Of a stretch of DNA of 64,000 bases, positions 49,928-60,231 are shown one piece after another. The notes beneath the pieces are model-generated. The model was not told the DNA's origin. It saw nothing but the letters and a program-made list of their open reading frames with translations, and did no database searches. The position numbers and the translations under genes were made by a program. The stretch lies in contig CAWDQP010000002.1 of NCBI GenBank assembly GCA_963804505.1, positions 77,579-141,578 of the forward strand. The letters are read 5' to 3'. The stretch comes from an uncultured Thermoplasmata archaeon. Its GTDB lineage: Archaea > Thermoplasmatota > Thermoplasmata > Lutacidiplasmatales > UBA184. The number at the start of each line of letters is the position of its first letter. The first letter of the stretch is position 1.

Positions 49928-51255
49928 ATGGATCGAACGGTGACGAAAAGGAACTCGAAGGGCCAACTGCTGGTAGCGGGCATCGCCCTGCTCATGGTGC
50001 TCGCGTTGGGGCCGACCCTGGTCGGTCTGGCGAGCGCCGCACCCGTCCCGCGGCCGCGGCCGGGTCGGTTTCGGCCGAATGGGCGTACGGCGGGCAGAAC
50101 GGGTCGAGTGGGACGTACACCGTCCCGAACGCGACCCTCGCGTGGAACGTGACGGTGGGCATCGTCGTGATCTTCAACGCCACGAACACGTCCGCGCATA
50201 CGGTCGAGCTTTCCGCCGAACGGACGGTCTCGATCGCGATCTCGGTGACGGGCACCGTGACCAACAACTCGACCGTCTACAACGCGGCCTACAGCCTGAA
50301 ACTCCTCGAGGTGGACAGTGCGCACGCCAATATCTCAAACAACTCGAGCGTCCTGGTCCGCGGCAACGCGACCCCGGCGCTCGGCATCGACAACGCTTCG
50401 GCGAGCGCCCAGGACAACCTCTCGGAATCGCTGGTGGTCTCCGACGCGCTCGTCAACCCGCTGGTCGCCGACTACCTGAACGTGAGCGGCTCGGCGCGGG
50501 CGTCGGTCCAGTTCTCGCCGTACCTCGGGCTCGTCCCGCTCAACCTGACGGGCGTCAGCTCGTGGACCTCCAGCGCCATGGCCACGCCGAGCGCGAGCTG
50601 GAACGTGAACTACACCTGGGTCCAGCACCTGCTCGGTGTGACGACCAACGGCAGCGGCAAGGGCGGCGGAGGCTGGAACGCGTCGGGGATCATCACCCTG
50701 GCCGGGTCGGCGTTCACCGTCGGCATGCCCCACTTCAGTGACAGCAAGACCCGCACCGCGATCGTCCTCCAGATCACCGGGCCGGTCGACCTCTACGACG
50801 GGTTCATCCTGATCCCGTCGGGCTTCGACTTCCTCGGCGGTGGCACGCACGTCTGGGACGGCCACTCGTTCGGGTCCGCGACCATGCACCCCGAGGACCT
50901 CTACGTCCTGGACGGCTACGTCGGCGTCCGCTCGTTCACCGCCGCCCGCGCCCAGTTCGGCGCGTCCGGATCGGTTGCGCTCGCCGTGCCCGAAACGAAG
51001 GGCCCGCAGACGACGACCTCGCCCAGCGGCGGGGTCACCATGCAGCCCGAGAGTCCGAGCCAGGCCCAAGCGCAGGCCGCGTGCCTGCAGCACGGTTGCC
51101 CGGCCGCGGGCTCCTGGTTCAGCGGCCTCGTGGCGGTCGGCCTGATCGCCCTGGTGGTCGGCGTCATCGCGGCCGCGGGCGTCATCGAGTGGCGTTCGCA
51201 CTCCCGTCGAAAAACCTCCTCCAATCTCGCCGGAACGTCCGCCGGAGCGGGCTGA
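49928..51255 (+). CDS. Sequon-rich extracellular glycoprotein candidate with signal peptide and C-terminal TM anchor. Apparent frameshift near 50047.
   Basis: MDRTVTKRNSKGQLLVAGIALLMVLALGPTLVGLASAAPVP (ORF 49907..50152), then AAAAGSVSAEWAYGG... (ORF 49825..51255). About 16 NxS/T sites counted by eye. C-terminus WFSGLVAVGLIALVVGVIAAAGVIEW-RSHSRRK. Confidence 0.55.
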
Positions 51256-51398
51256 ACGGCGCCTCGAACGGCGCCGCGGGCTCGCCCTCGGCGGGGACCC
51301 CGGCCCAGAGCCCGCCTTCCCCCGGCGGGCCAGGACCGGGACTCTAGCCGGGACCAGGCCAAGGGTGGGCCCTCGGGGCCCACCCAACCCCTTCCTTT

Positions 51399-51881
51399 CT
51401 ATCTCTTCTTGGAAGACTTCGAACGAGCCGTTCGCCGTCGCAGAGCGCGCCGGGCCAGGTCGATGATCGTGCGGTCGGTGTCGTACGGCACGAGCCGTCG
51501 CGCGCCGGCGAACGTGAACCACCCATGCCGGTCGAAGATCTTCTCGGTCCGGACCTCGCCCTCCGACGTGCGGGCGAGAAAGTAGACGCTCGTCTTGTGG
51601 ACGTTGACCCGCCGGCGGGGCGAGTAGAACCGGTACGAGACCTCGCCGACCTCGGCTCCGAGGACCAGCGCGCGCAGCCCGGTCTCTTCCCGGACCTCGC
51701 GCACCGCGGCGGCGCGCAGCGACTCTCCGGTTTCGACGTGCCCCTTCGGAAAACACCAACGGTGCTCACCCGCGAGATGCAGCATCAGCACCCGCCCGTC
51801 CGGACGTACGACGACCGCCCCCGAGGCGAGCTCCGGGACGATCGGGGAGGCGGGCCGGAATGCCGCGTGGGGAGGGGCCAT
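51399..51881 (-). CDS. NUDIX hydrolase
   Basis: Nudix box PKGHVETGESLRAAAVREVREETGL. Start at MAPPHAAF. Confidence 0.75.
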   Translation of the reverse strand: MAPPHAAFRPASPIVPELASGAVVVRPDGRVLMLHLAGEHRWCFPKGHVETGESLRAAAVREVREETGLRALVLGAEVGEVSYRFYSPRRRVNVHKTSVYFLARTSEGEVRTEKIFDRHGWFTFAGARRLVPYDTDRTIIDLARRALRRRTARSKSSKKR

Positions 51882-51960
51882 CGATCTCGGAGGATGGGGC
51901 CGAGCTATTGGCCTCTTCCCCCGAACGCGGGCAGACGTCTCCGAACCGTTATGGCGGGAG

Positions 51961-53571
51961 GTGACTCGTGGCGTGCTGATGCTCGACCCCGGCGAGGAGT
52001 GCGATGACCTCGCCTCGCTCGTCCGGCGGAAAGCGGAGAAGAACGGGGACCGCGCCGCCCTCCGGTTCGGCGATCGCACCCTCAGCTACCGAGAGCTGGA
52101 CGCCGAGTCGGAACGGATCGCGAACGGCCTCGACGCCGCCGGGATCGGCTTCGGGGATCGGGTGGGGGCCTTCCTGTTCAACACCTCGGAGTTCCCCCTG
52201 CTCTGGTTCGGACTCGCCAAGCGGGGAGCCGTGCTCGTTCCCTTGAACACCGCCCTCAAGGGCGAGATACTACGCTACGAGCTTGCGGACAGTGCCCCGT
52301 CCGGGATCGTCGTCGACCGCCGCCTCTGGGGGGCCTACGCGCCGGTCCGGGAATCGGTCCGAATCCCCAACGAATGGATCGCGGACCCGGTCCCGTCCGA
52401 GGACTCGGTGCCGGGATCGGCTCGGCCGTTCACGTCGCTCCCGACCAACGAGACGGCGCCGCCGCCGGCGGTCGTCAAACCCAGTGATCCGGTCTCCGTG
52501 ATGTACACGAGCGGGACGACCGGCCCGCCCAAGGGCGCGATCATCCCGCACCGCAAGCCAATCGCCACCGCGATGGAGATCTCGAAAAGGAGCCGGCTGG
52601 ACCCCGGTTCGGTCCTGTTCACCGCCTTGCCCCTCTTCCATTGCAACGCGCAGGAGATGACGACGCTGGTCGCGCTCCTCAACGACCTCACCGCGACCTA
52701 CGACGAACGGTTCCACGCCCGGTCGTACTGGGAGACCGCGGCCTCATTCGGGGCCACCCACGTCTCGCTGCTCATCTCCATGATCAACGTCCTGGAGAAG
52801 CAGCCGCCCAAACCCACCGATCGAACGCACGGGGTACGAACGGCCCTGACCGCCGGAGCGAACCGCGCGATCTGGCCGACGTTCGAACAGCGGTTCGGCC
52901 TTACGATCGTCGAGCTGTACGGGATGACCGAGTGCGGCTGCACGACGCTGATGAACCCCCCGGGCGCGATCCGAGTGGGGTCGGTCGGGCTCCCCCTCGC
53001 CTTCGTAGAGGCGGAAGTGGTGGACGACGACGACCGGCCCGTCGCCGCGAACGTCCGCGGCGAGCTCGTCGTGCGCTCCCGCGTCCCGTACACGATGTTC
53101 CTGGGGTACCTCAACAAGCCCGAGAAGACGGTCGAGGCGTGGCGGAACCTTTGGTTCCACACGGGCGACTACGTCACCCGCGACGAGGACGGCTACTACT
53201 ACTTCGTCGACCGGAAGAAGGACGTGATCCGACGCCGAGGCGAGAACCTCGCGCCGTACGACGTCGAGTCGGTGCTCAACCGACACCCGGCGGTGTTCGA
53301 GTCGGTGGTCGTCGGCGTGCCGTCCCCCCTTGGTGAGGAGGACGTCAAGGCGTTCGTCCAGCTGAAGCCGGAGGTCCATCCGACGCCCCGCGAGCTGTTC
53401 GACTACTGCGTCGAGAACCTCCCGTACTACATGGTGCCGAAGTTGATCGAGTTCGTGGACGAGATTCCGAAGACCGCGAACCAAAAGTCGCAGCGCTACC
53501 TTCTCAGGCAGCGCCGGGGAGGTACGGAGTACGACCGGGACCAGCTCGGCGTCGTCGTCCGGCCTCCCTGA
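51961..53571 (+). CDS. AMP-dependent acyl-CoA synthetase/ligase
   Basis: MYTSGTTGPPKG, TGDYV.RDEDGYYYFVDRKKDVI, and KT.N.K near the C-terminus. Confidence 0.85.
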   Translation: MTRGVLMLDPGEECDDLASLVRRKAEKNGDRAALRFGDRTLSYRELDAESERIANGLDAAGIGFGDRVGAFLFNTSEFPLLWFGLAKRGAVLVPLNTALKGEILRYELADSAPSGIVVDRRLWGAYAPVRESVRIPNEWIADPVPSEDSVPGSARPFTSLPTNETAPPPAVVKPSDPVSVMYTSGTTGPPKGAIIPHRKPIATAMEISKRSRLDPGSVLFTALPLFHCNAQEMTTLVALLNDLTATYDERFHARSYWETAASFGATHVSLLISMINVLEKQPPKPTDRTHGVRTALTAGANRAIWPTFEQRFGLTIVELYGMTECGCTTLMNPPGAIRVGSVGLPLAFVEAEVVDDDDRPVAANVRGELVVRSRVPYTMFLGYLNKPEKTVEAWRNLWFHTGDYVTRDEDGYYYFVDRKKDVIRRRGENLAPYDVESVLNRHPAVFESVVVGVPSPLGEEDVKAFVQLKPEVHPTPRELFDYCVENLPYYMVPKLIEFVDEIPKTANQKSQRYLLRQRRGGTEYDRDQLGVVVRPP

Positions 53572-53596
53572 GGCGCGTCGCCGGCGCGACCGGCCG

Positions 53597-53960
53597 CTCG
53601 TCCTCCTGGACGCGAACGCGCTGCTACTGCCGTTCCGGTCCCGGTTCCCGCTGGTACGCGAGGTCGACCGCCACCGGCCCGGGGCCGAGCTCGCCGTACC
53701 CCGGTCGGTACTCCGTGAGCTGGACGCGCTCGTCGAGCGCGGCGTGCGCGAGGCCGTCCCCGCCCGGGAGTTCGCGCGGACCTTTCGAGCGATCCCCGGT
53801 CCCGGTCGCGGAGACCTCGGCATCCTCCACGCCGCCCGGGACCATCGGGCCTGGGTCGTGACCGCCGACCGTGCGCTCGCGCATCGGCTGACCTCGGAGC
53901 GGATCACCGTGCTCGTGCCGCGGGACCGCTCCCGGCTCGAGCTGCGGCCCGGCGCCGCCG
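53597..53960 (+). CDS. PIN-domain protein (Fcf1/VapC-like). Start and end unresolved.
   Basis: LVLLDANALLLPF...L.VPRSVLRELDALVERG...GDLGILHAARDHRAWVVTADRALAHRL. No canonical start codon found in frame. Confidence 0.4.
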
Positions 53961-54071
53961 TTCGCCCGGCCGCCCGAAAACGACGTGCCGGCCCCCCGTT
54001 CGCCCGCCGGCACACCGGCCCCGCGGCAAGGGTTAAGAAGCAATCCGGGCTCGAACTTCCCCGGGCACCCG

Positions 54072-55109
54072 ATGACCGACGACGACCGGATGCTCGACCT
54101 GCCCGCGCCCGAGTTCGGCACCGGCATCGTCGGCGTGTGCGACGTCTGCGGAACGCGGCAGGCCGTGATCGTTCTGTCGAAGGAACGGTTCCGGCTGTGC
54201 GTCCTGGATTTCCTGAACAAGTCCTGGATCAAGACGGACAAGAAGCCGGGCTCGCCCGCTCCGCTCTACCGGAGCGAGCGCGTCGAATTCCCGACGGGTG
54301 CCACGCCCTCGCAGAGGGCCCCGGCGATCGTCCTCTCGCCCACCAAGACGGTCCGTCATCCCGTCGTCCTGATCACGCCCGACGTGTTCGGCCTGACCAC
54401 GACGGTCCTGGACGCGGCGATCCGCTTCGCGCGCGAGGGGTTCGAGGTGCTCCTGCCCGACGTCACCAAGACGGACGGCCTGGGCCCGGGCCATTTCTTC
54501 GCCCTCCGGCAGGGGGCGCGGCTTCGGGGCGGCGTGCCGGTCGACTCGCCCAAGGTGAAGGACCTGGTCCGGTTGTACGGCGACGGGCTCGCCTATCTGC
54601 TGGCGCGCGACATGGTCGACCCGGCGAAGGCCGCGGTCTTCGGCGCCTCCTACGGCGGCAGCCTCGCGCTCGCGGTCGCGGCCGATAGTACGAAGCTCGC
54701 CGCGGTCGTGCTCGCGTATCCCGAGCCGGTGCGACCCAAGGAACTCCCCCGTCTCGTCAACGTCCCTCTCCTGTGCGTGGTCGGCGGCTCGGACCGTTCG
54801 TCCGCGCGCGCGGTGGCGCAGCTGCGCGCGGCCGAGGGCCCGTCGGCGGCCTCGTTCGAGTACGCGGAGATCCCCGGCGGCCGGCACAACTTCCTCGCCC
54901 GGGACCTTCGGGCGTACGACCTTGCCTCCGCCGAGCAGGCCTGGACGCGGATCGTCACCTTCCTCAAGGCGCGCTTGATGCCCTCGCCCCCCAGGCCCCC
55001 GGCCCCGCCGCTGAAACCGTCGGCCCCAGCAGCTCCGGCGGCTCCGCCGCCCGCCCCGGCGGCGCCGAAGGCCCCCGCGAGCCCGCCCGCGTCAGCCCCC
55101 GCGACGTGA
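54072..55109 (+). CDS. Dienelactone hydrolase family protein with an N-terminal Cys-containing extension and a Pro/Ala-rich tail
   Basis: HPVVLITPDVFGLTTTVLDAAIRFAREGFEVLLPD, VFGASYGGSLAL, GGRHNF. Confidence 0.7.
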   Translation: MTDDDRMLDLPAPEFGTGIVGVCDVCGTRQAVIVLSKERFRLCVLDFLNKSWIKTDKKPGSPAPLYRSERVEFPTGATPSQRAPAIVLSPTKTVRHPVVLITPDVFGLTTTVLDAAIRFAREGFEVLLPDVTKTDGLGPGHFFALRQGARLRGGVPVDSPKVKDLVRLYGDGLAYLLARDMVDPAKAAVFGASYGGSLALAVAADSTKLAAVVLAYPEPVRPKELPRLVNVPLLCVVGGSDRSSARAVAQLRAAEGPSAASFEYAEIPGGRHNFLARDLRAYDLASAEQAWTRIVTFLKARLMPSPPRPPAPPLKPSAPAAPAAPPPAPAAPKAPASPPASAPAT

Positions 55110-55167
55110 GCTCCGGCCCAGTTCTTACCGACCCCCGGGGCCGGGCTTCCTCGGCGACCCGTTCCGC

Positions 55168-56134
55168 TCAGCTGGGATACTCGTAGAAGCCCCGACCGGT
55201 CTTCCGCCCGAGGTACCCCGCATCGACCATCCGGCGGAGATACGGCGCGGGGCGGTACTTCGGGTCCCCCGTCTCCCGGAACATCGTCTCGGTGACCTCG
55301 AGGGCGACGTCGAGGCCGATCATGTCGCCCAGCTCGAACGGGCCCATGGGCATCCCCGCCCCGGATTTCATCGCGAGGTCGATGTCGCGGGAGGACGCGA
55401 GGTTCTCCTCGAGCGCGAAGCACGCCTCGTTCAGGACCGGAATGAGGAGCCGGTTCACGACGAACGCCGGCGACTCGCGGACCCGAATCGGCACGAGGGG
55501 GTACCGGTGGTTGCGGAGCCCCTCGAGGAACGCGACCGTGTCCGCGATCACGTCCTCGCGGGTCTCGACCCCGCCCGCGACTTCGACCAGCGGCAGCGTG
55601 TAGGGCGGGTTGAAAAAGTGCGTTACCAGGGTCGTGCTCCGATGACGGAGCCCCCGCGCGAGGCGGGTGATCGACAACGAGGACGTGTTGGTGCCGATCA
55701 CCGCATGCTCGGGGAGGACCCGGTCCAGTGCCTCGAGGACGGGACGCTTCACCTCGGTCCGTTCGAACACCGCCTCGATGACGAGGTCCACGTCCGCGAA
55801 CGCGTCGTACCCGGTCGGCGCCGCGGACCCGCGCCACGACCTCCTCGCCGCGCGCTCGCGTGAACTTCGGGGCGAGCTTCGTGCGGATCCGACCCTCCTG
55901 TTCGTTCGACAGCGGTCCCGCCTCCTCACGGACGCGGGCGATCTCCTTGTCCGCCCGCCCCTCGTGGAAGGCGACCAACTCGTCGACGATCGTCCGGACG
56001 CGCGCGAGGCCCTTCTCGACCGTCGGCCCGTCGACGTCCTTGAGGAGCACGTCGATCCCGTTGAAGGCGAGCACCTCCGCGATCGCGGCCCCCATCGTCC
56101 CCGCCCCCACGACCCCGGCCTTCGTCACCCGCAC
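55168..56134 (-). CDS. 3-hydroxyacyl-CoA dehydrogenase. Apparent frameshift near 55830.
   Basis: N-terminus VGAGTMGAAIAEVLAFNGIDVLLKD. C-terminal part DVDLVIEAVFE, GTNTSSL, HFFNPP, FVVNRLL (ORF 55168..55929). Confidence 0.8.
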
Positions 56135-56199
56135 GGTGCCACCGGCTCGGGCAGCGCGCGGTCGCTACAAAGCGCGAACGGCCGGCGGGCCGGAGCGGC

Positions 56200-58343
56200 T
56201 CAGCGGGAGGCGGTCGAGGCGCGCGGGGAAGCCTGGGAGGAGACGACTCCGGAGGAGGCCGCGGGCCGGGAGCTCCCCGCCATCGGGAGGCGGGCGCCCA
56301 CGGGCGGCGTGACGGAACGGTTCCGGAGGCGCGCTACCCAGTGCCGCACGTCCGAGAGGTACAGGTTGCCGTACGGGCACGCCTCGGCGCATCCGCCGAT
56401 CCCGCAGCACTTCGCGCTCCGGAACACGCCCTTCGTGCGGAAGTGGCCGGGCATGTCGACGAATCCGACGGGACACGCCTTCGCGCAGTCGAGGGTCGTG
56501 CACCGGCGGCAGACCTCCTTGTCCTTCACCCGCAGACCGAAGAACCCGATCCGGCTGAACACGGCGGAGATCTGCCCGGTGTAGCACCAGCCCATCGTGA
56601 CGCAGTTGTAGTTGCCGGCGTACGGGATCGTGACGAACAGCACGTACCAGAGCACGCTGAACGAAAGGACGAACAGGAAGACCGACGGGTCGGCACCGCC
56701 GACGGTGACGTTGATCGTGCCGAGAGAATCGAAGTACGAGAGCAGCGAGGTTCCGGCGAGAGCGACCATGACCACCGCGGTCGTGGCGCTGTAGGCGTTC
56801 GAGAACCGGCTCCCGAGGAACTTTCGCGCGACCGGGGACGACCGATTGAAGCTCTTCATCGCGTCGATCGTCGTCCCCTGGTACATCACCGCGGCCGTGC
56901 AGAAGACCGAGCAGACGACCCGGCGGCCGAACAGGAGGGTCACCGCCCCGAGGATGAGATAGGTCGCGAGCAGGACCCCGAAGACCCCGGCCGCGAGCGG
57001 GGCCGACCCGATGCCCATGCTCCAGCCGAGGACCGGGACGGTCGTCGGGTTCGCCGCGCCGGGGCGCTCGGGAAGAACAACCCGTAGTAGAGGCTCGGGT
57101 AGAACACGGCGAACGCCCCGTACGCGCCGAGCATGAGCGCGAGCCGGACGCGCAGCTCCCGTCCCTTCGACTCGCGCATCTTGAACACCACGAGCGCGCC
57201 CATCTCGACCCCCATCATCAGGAGGAACCAGGTCGTGGCCGTGGTGTTGGCGAAGAAGTAGAACCCGTTCGAGACCGCGTCCTGGACTATCACCCAGGCG
57301 CTGCCGGCGAGCGGAAGCGAGGGGAGGCTCGCGAGATAGTCGGCGGGGTCGATCTGGGCGGCCAGGACCGCTCCCATGAACAGCTCGGAGACGAACACCC
57401 AAAACAGCACCTGGAACGCCCAGAACGGCTTCAGCTGCCAGGAGAATCCGTTCGGCCCGCCCAGCTTCTCGGTGCGGACCACCGCCTCGAAGAATACGAC
57501 CATCTCGAGAACCACCGACAACGCGAACAGACCGACGTTGCCGTAGGCCTGCCAGAGGAAGATCCCGGCCATCATCAGCCCGTAGATCGGGAGCAGCCGG
57601 ACGAGGTACGTCGCGAACCCGTCCGCGAAGTCGCGGTGCCGGTAGAGGAACTCCATCAGGAAGACGAACAGGACGATCATCGCGATGCTGGAGAGATAGA
57701 TCGTCCCTGACTGCCACCAGGACGCTCCCAGCACCGGGGGCGAGAGGAACATCAGCACGGACTGCGAGACCAGGACGATCCGCGCGGGGCGTGCGATCCG
57801 GTCCCGGAGCAGCACCGCCGTCAGAATCATCTCCGCGGCCATCGTGAACACGAACCACGGCGACACGACCACGGAGGTCAGCGTCGCGAGCGCGCTGCCC
57901 CCCACCGAGAGACCCCCGGCCAGGAGGTCGAAGGTCCAACCCATCAGCAGTTCGTTCGCGAGGACAAGCGCGACCACCGCGGCGACGAACCCCGGCCCGA
58001 GGCGCGGGATGGCCGGTGCTCCGGCCGCCGACCGGGTCTCCTGAAGAAATCCGAGGAACAGGACGACGACGCTCACGGACATGACGCCGCTCGCGATCCA
58101 CAGGCCCGCGACCGCGCCCTCTGTCCCCCGATGCAGAGCGTACGCGAGCGCGCCGGCGAGCATCCCGACCATCATCAGGAGCAGGAAGGCGACCGTCGCC
58201 TTGCGAAGCGGCGACCGGGCCGTGGCCGCCCACTTGATCAGGACCGCGGTCGTGACGGCCATCCCGGCGGCCAGAACGCCGAGGATGACATCGTCCGTCA
58301 GCATCGAATCCCACCCGTCCGGTTGCCTGACCTCACAGGTCAC
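56200..58343 (-). CDS. Large polytopic membrane protein fused to a NapH/NosH-like polyferredoxin membrane domain. Apparent frameshift near 57075.
   Basis: ORF 56940..58343 has at least 10 hydrophobic spans. Continuation (tail of ORF 56200..58314): RRVVCSVFCTAAVMYQG, CRRCTTLDCAKACPVG, CCGIGGCAEACPYG. Confidence 0.6.
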
Positions 58344-59682
58344 CCGAGGAGGCGGCGTTGATCGCTCCGGAGTCCGGGATCCCCACCCCTCCCAACGGAG
58401 AGCCAGCGCGAGACGGGACTGGGACGCGATTGGGCCGATAGGGCACGCCGATCAGGCGAGACAGGGTCCGGGCCGGGTAGAGCGACGCGGCGATCGCGAA
58501 ACCGGCGACCGCGACGTACTCAAGCAGCCATCGGGCAAGCAGTGCCGGACCCCCGACCGGACCCGGAGATATCGCCCCCCACGAACTCGAGAAGCCGGCG
58601 GCCCCCAGTACCTGGTCGAAGAGGCTGTCGAGGCCGGCCGAGGTCAGGAAGGGAGGAAGCCACACGAGCAGGCTCAGGCCGGCAATCAGCAGGACCGCCG
58701 GGAGGATTCGGCCGAGTCCGTTTCTGGCGCGGTGCAACACCCGAAGAGTCCCACGAGGGAAGAACCCGGCCGCGAGGGCAAACCCGGCCAGCAGTTGGTG
58801 CTGGACGAGCCACTGGAACCAGAGTCCCGCTCCGGCGGTGACCGGAGAAGCGGTGGTCCACTCGACGAACATCGCGAGTGACCAAAGCAGCCCGGCGGCA
58901 ACGAGCAAGGCGCGCAGTGCGCCGCTGAGCAGATACGTCGCGCTGAGCGGTGGGGGGACCGGATTCGGAGCGACGGTCCCGGTGGCCGGAGATCCGAACA
59001 GCCCGCCGTAGACGGTCAGAAGGAGCTCCTGCGCGGCGAGGGCGGCCCAGACCACCACAACTTGGAACAGGCCGAGGTACCAATCGTTGAGGAGCAGGTT
59101 GTTGATCGAGGTGCCGGAGGCCTGCGCCACCAGCCCCACCCCCGCGCTCGCCGCGGCGGTGGTCGAGCAGCACGCTCCGAGCGTAACCAGGCCGATCATC
59201 GCCGGGGTCAGGCCGGTCGCGGTCCCGACCGCCTTCGACTTAGCGGCCCCGGTCACCGTCGGCCGGATCAGCCGGATCGCGAGGAGGACCGCGACGGTCA
59301 TTCCGAGGGCGACTCCAACGGCGACGACCAGCATCGAAACGGCCGTGAAGAACGGCAGTTCAAGGTATCCCCACGGAGCGGCCACGATGAGCGCGGGATA
59401 GTTCCACCACCCCGACCCCGTCCCGCTCGCGGTGATGATCGTGATCGTGTAGCCTCCCTCGAGGTGCGCGAGACCCAGCATGCCGCCTTCGAGCAGCGAC
59501 CCAAGGAGGTAGAAGAGGCCGAACATCACCACCAACGGCCACGCCCACGCCGCGCGGATGAACCGTCGTATCTCCCGCAGAGAAAGGAAGCCGACGGGGT
59601 CTAGCGGGGGAGCTCCGGAAGGCACGGGGGTTCGACCCAATAGGGACCTTAAATCACGGAGGTAGGGACGCCGGAGAAGCAC
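58333..59682 (-). CDS. Polytopic membrane protein with a GACC motif. Upstream partner of 56200-58343, overlapping it by 11 nt.
   Basis: ORF 58333..59841 trimmed to GTG 59682, because its first residues overlap tRNA-Ser. Motif LVTLGACCSTTAAASAG, about 10 hydrophobic spans. Confidence 0.5.
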   Translation of the reverse strand: MLLRRPYLRDLRSLLGRTPVPSGAPPLDPVGFLSLREIRRFIRAAWAWPLVVMFGLFYLLGSLLEGGMLGLAHLEGGYTITIITASGTGSGWWNYPALIVAAPWGYLELPFFTAVSMLVVAVGVALGMTVAVLLAIRLIRPTVTGAAKSKAVGTATGLTPAMIGLVTLGACCSTTAAASAGVGLVAQASGTSINNLLLNDWYLGLFQVVVVWAALAAQELLLTVYGGLFGSPATGTVAPNPVPPPLSATYLLSGALRALLVAAGLLWSLAMFVEWTTASPVTAGAGLWFQWLVQHQLLAGFALAAGFFPRGTLRVLHRARNGLGRILPAVLLIAGLSLLVWLPPFLTSAGLDSLFDQVLGAAGFSSSWGAISPGPVGGPALLARWLLEYVAVAGFAIAASLYPARTLSRLIGVPYRPNRVPVPSRAGSPLGGVGIPDSGAINAASSGDL

Positions 59683-59772
59683 TCGGGGTGGCGCCGGGCT
59701 CCGACCGGCCGCCTCGAGGGTGGCGCCGTTCAACCGAATCCTTAAGGGCGGAACCTCGTTCGATACGAGTGC

Positions 59773-59886
59773 GCGGGGATGGCCCAGCCCGGTAAGGCGC
59801 TGGATTGCTAATCCAGTGGTGGTTTCACCTCGGGGGTTCAAAGGGGGGCTCGGAACGCGGGCCTTCGGAAATTCCCCCTCCCCGCG
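59773..59886 (+). tRNA. tRNA-Ser (anticodon GCU) with an apparent 30-nt intron in the T-loop (about 59843-59872)
   Basis: GCGGGGA TG GCC CAGCCCGGTAA GGC G CTGGA TTGCTAA TCCAG, long variable arm TGGTGGTTTCACCTC, GGGGG TTCAAA [30 nt] T CCCCC TCCCCGC G. Acceptor (7 bp) and T stems (5 bp) pair only if the 30 nt are removed. Confidence 0.75.
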
Positions 59887-60231
59887 TCACCCCGGGGGTG
59901 GTTCGGCCGGCTCGCGCGCGATAGACCTCGCCGTCTTTCCGTATCCGGACGTGCAGGGTTCCCGCGGCAGGCAGCGGCGCGTCCGTGGTCGCGAGCAGGC
60001 GCACGCCCTCCGGCGACCTCGACGAGCAGGAGCCGATGCGGCGACGGCGACACCGGCGAGGTGGCGACCATCAGCTCGGTGGACGCGAGGACCGTTCCCG
60101 AGGTTCCGGGGACCATGAATCCTTGGACGTTCTGGCCCCGCACCGCGGGCACGGACCATCGGACGGCAGGAACCGGGCCAGGCAAGCCTCGCACCGGGAG
60201 AGTTCCAGCGACTCGGCCTACGTTCGGTCAC
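59887..60231 (-). CDS. DUF35 (zinc-ribbon plus OB-fold) protein, thiolase partner. At least 2-3 apparent frameshifts.
   Basis: Pieces in three frames: LELSRCEACLARFLPSDGPCPRCGA; NVQGFMVPGTSGTVLASTELMV; GVRLLATTDAPLPAAGTLHVRIRKDGEVYRARA. Confidence 0.45.
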   Translation of the reverse strand: MTERRPSRWNSPGARLAWPGSCRPMVRARGAGPERPRIHGPRNLGNGPRVHRADGRHLAGVAVAASAPARRGRRRACACSRPRTRRCLPREPCTSGYGKTARSIAREPAEPPPG

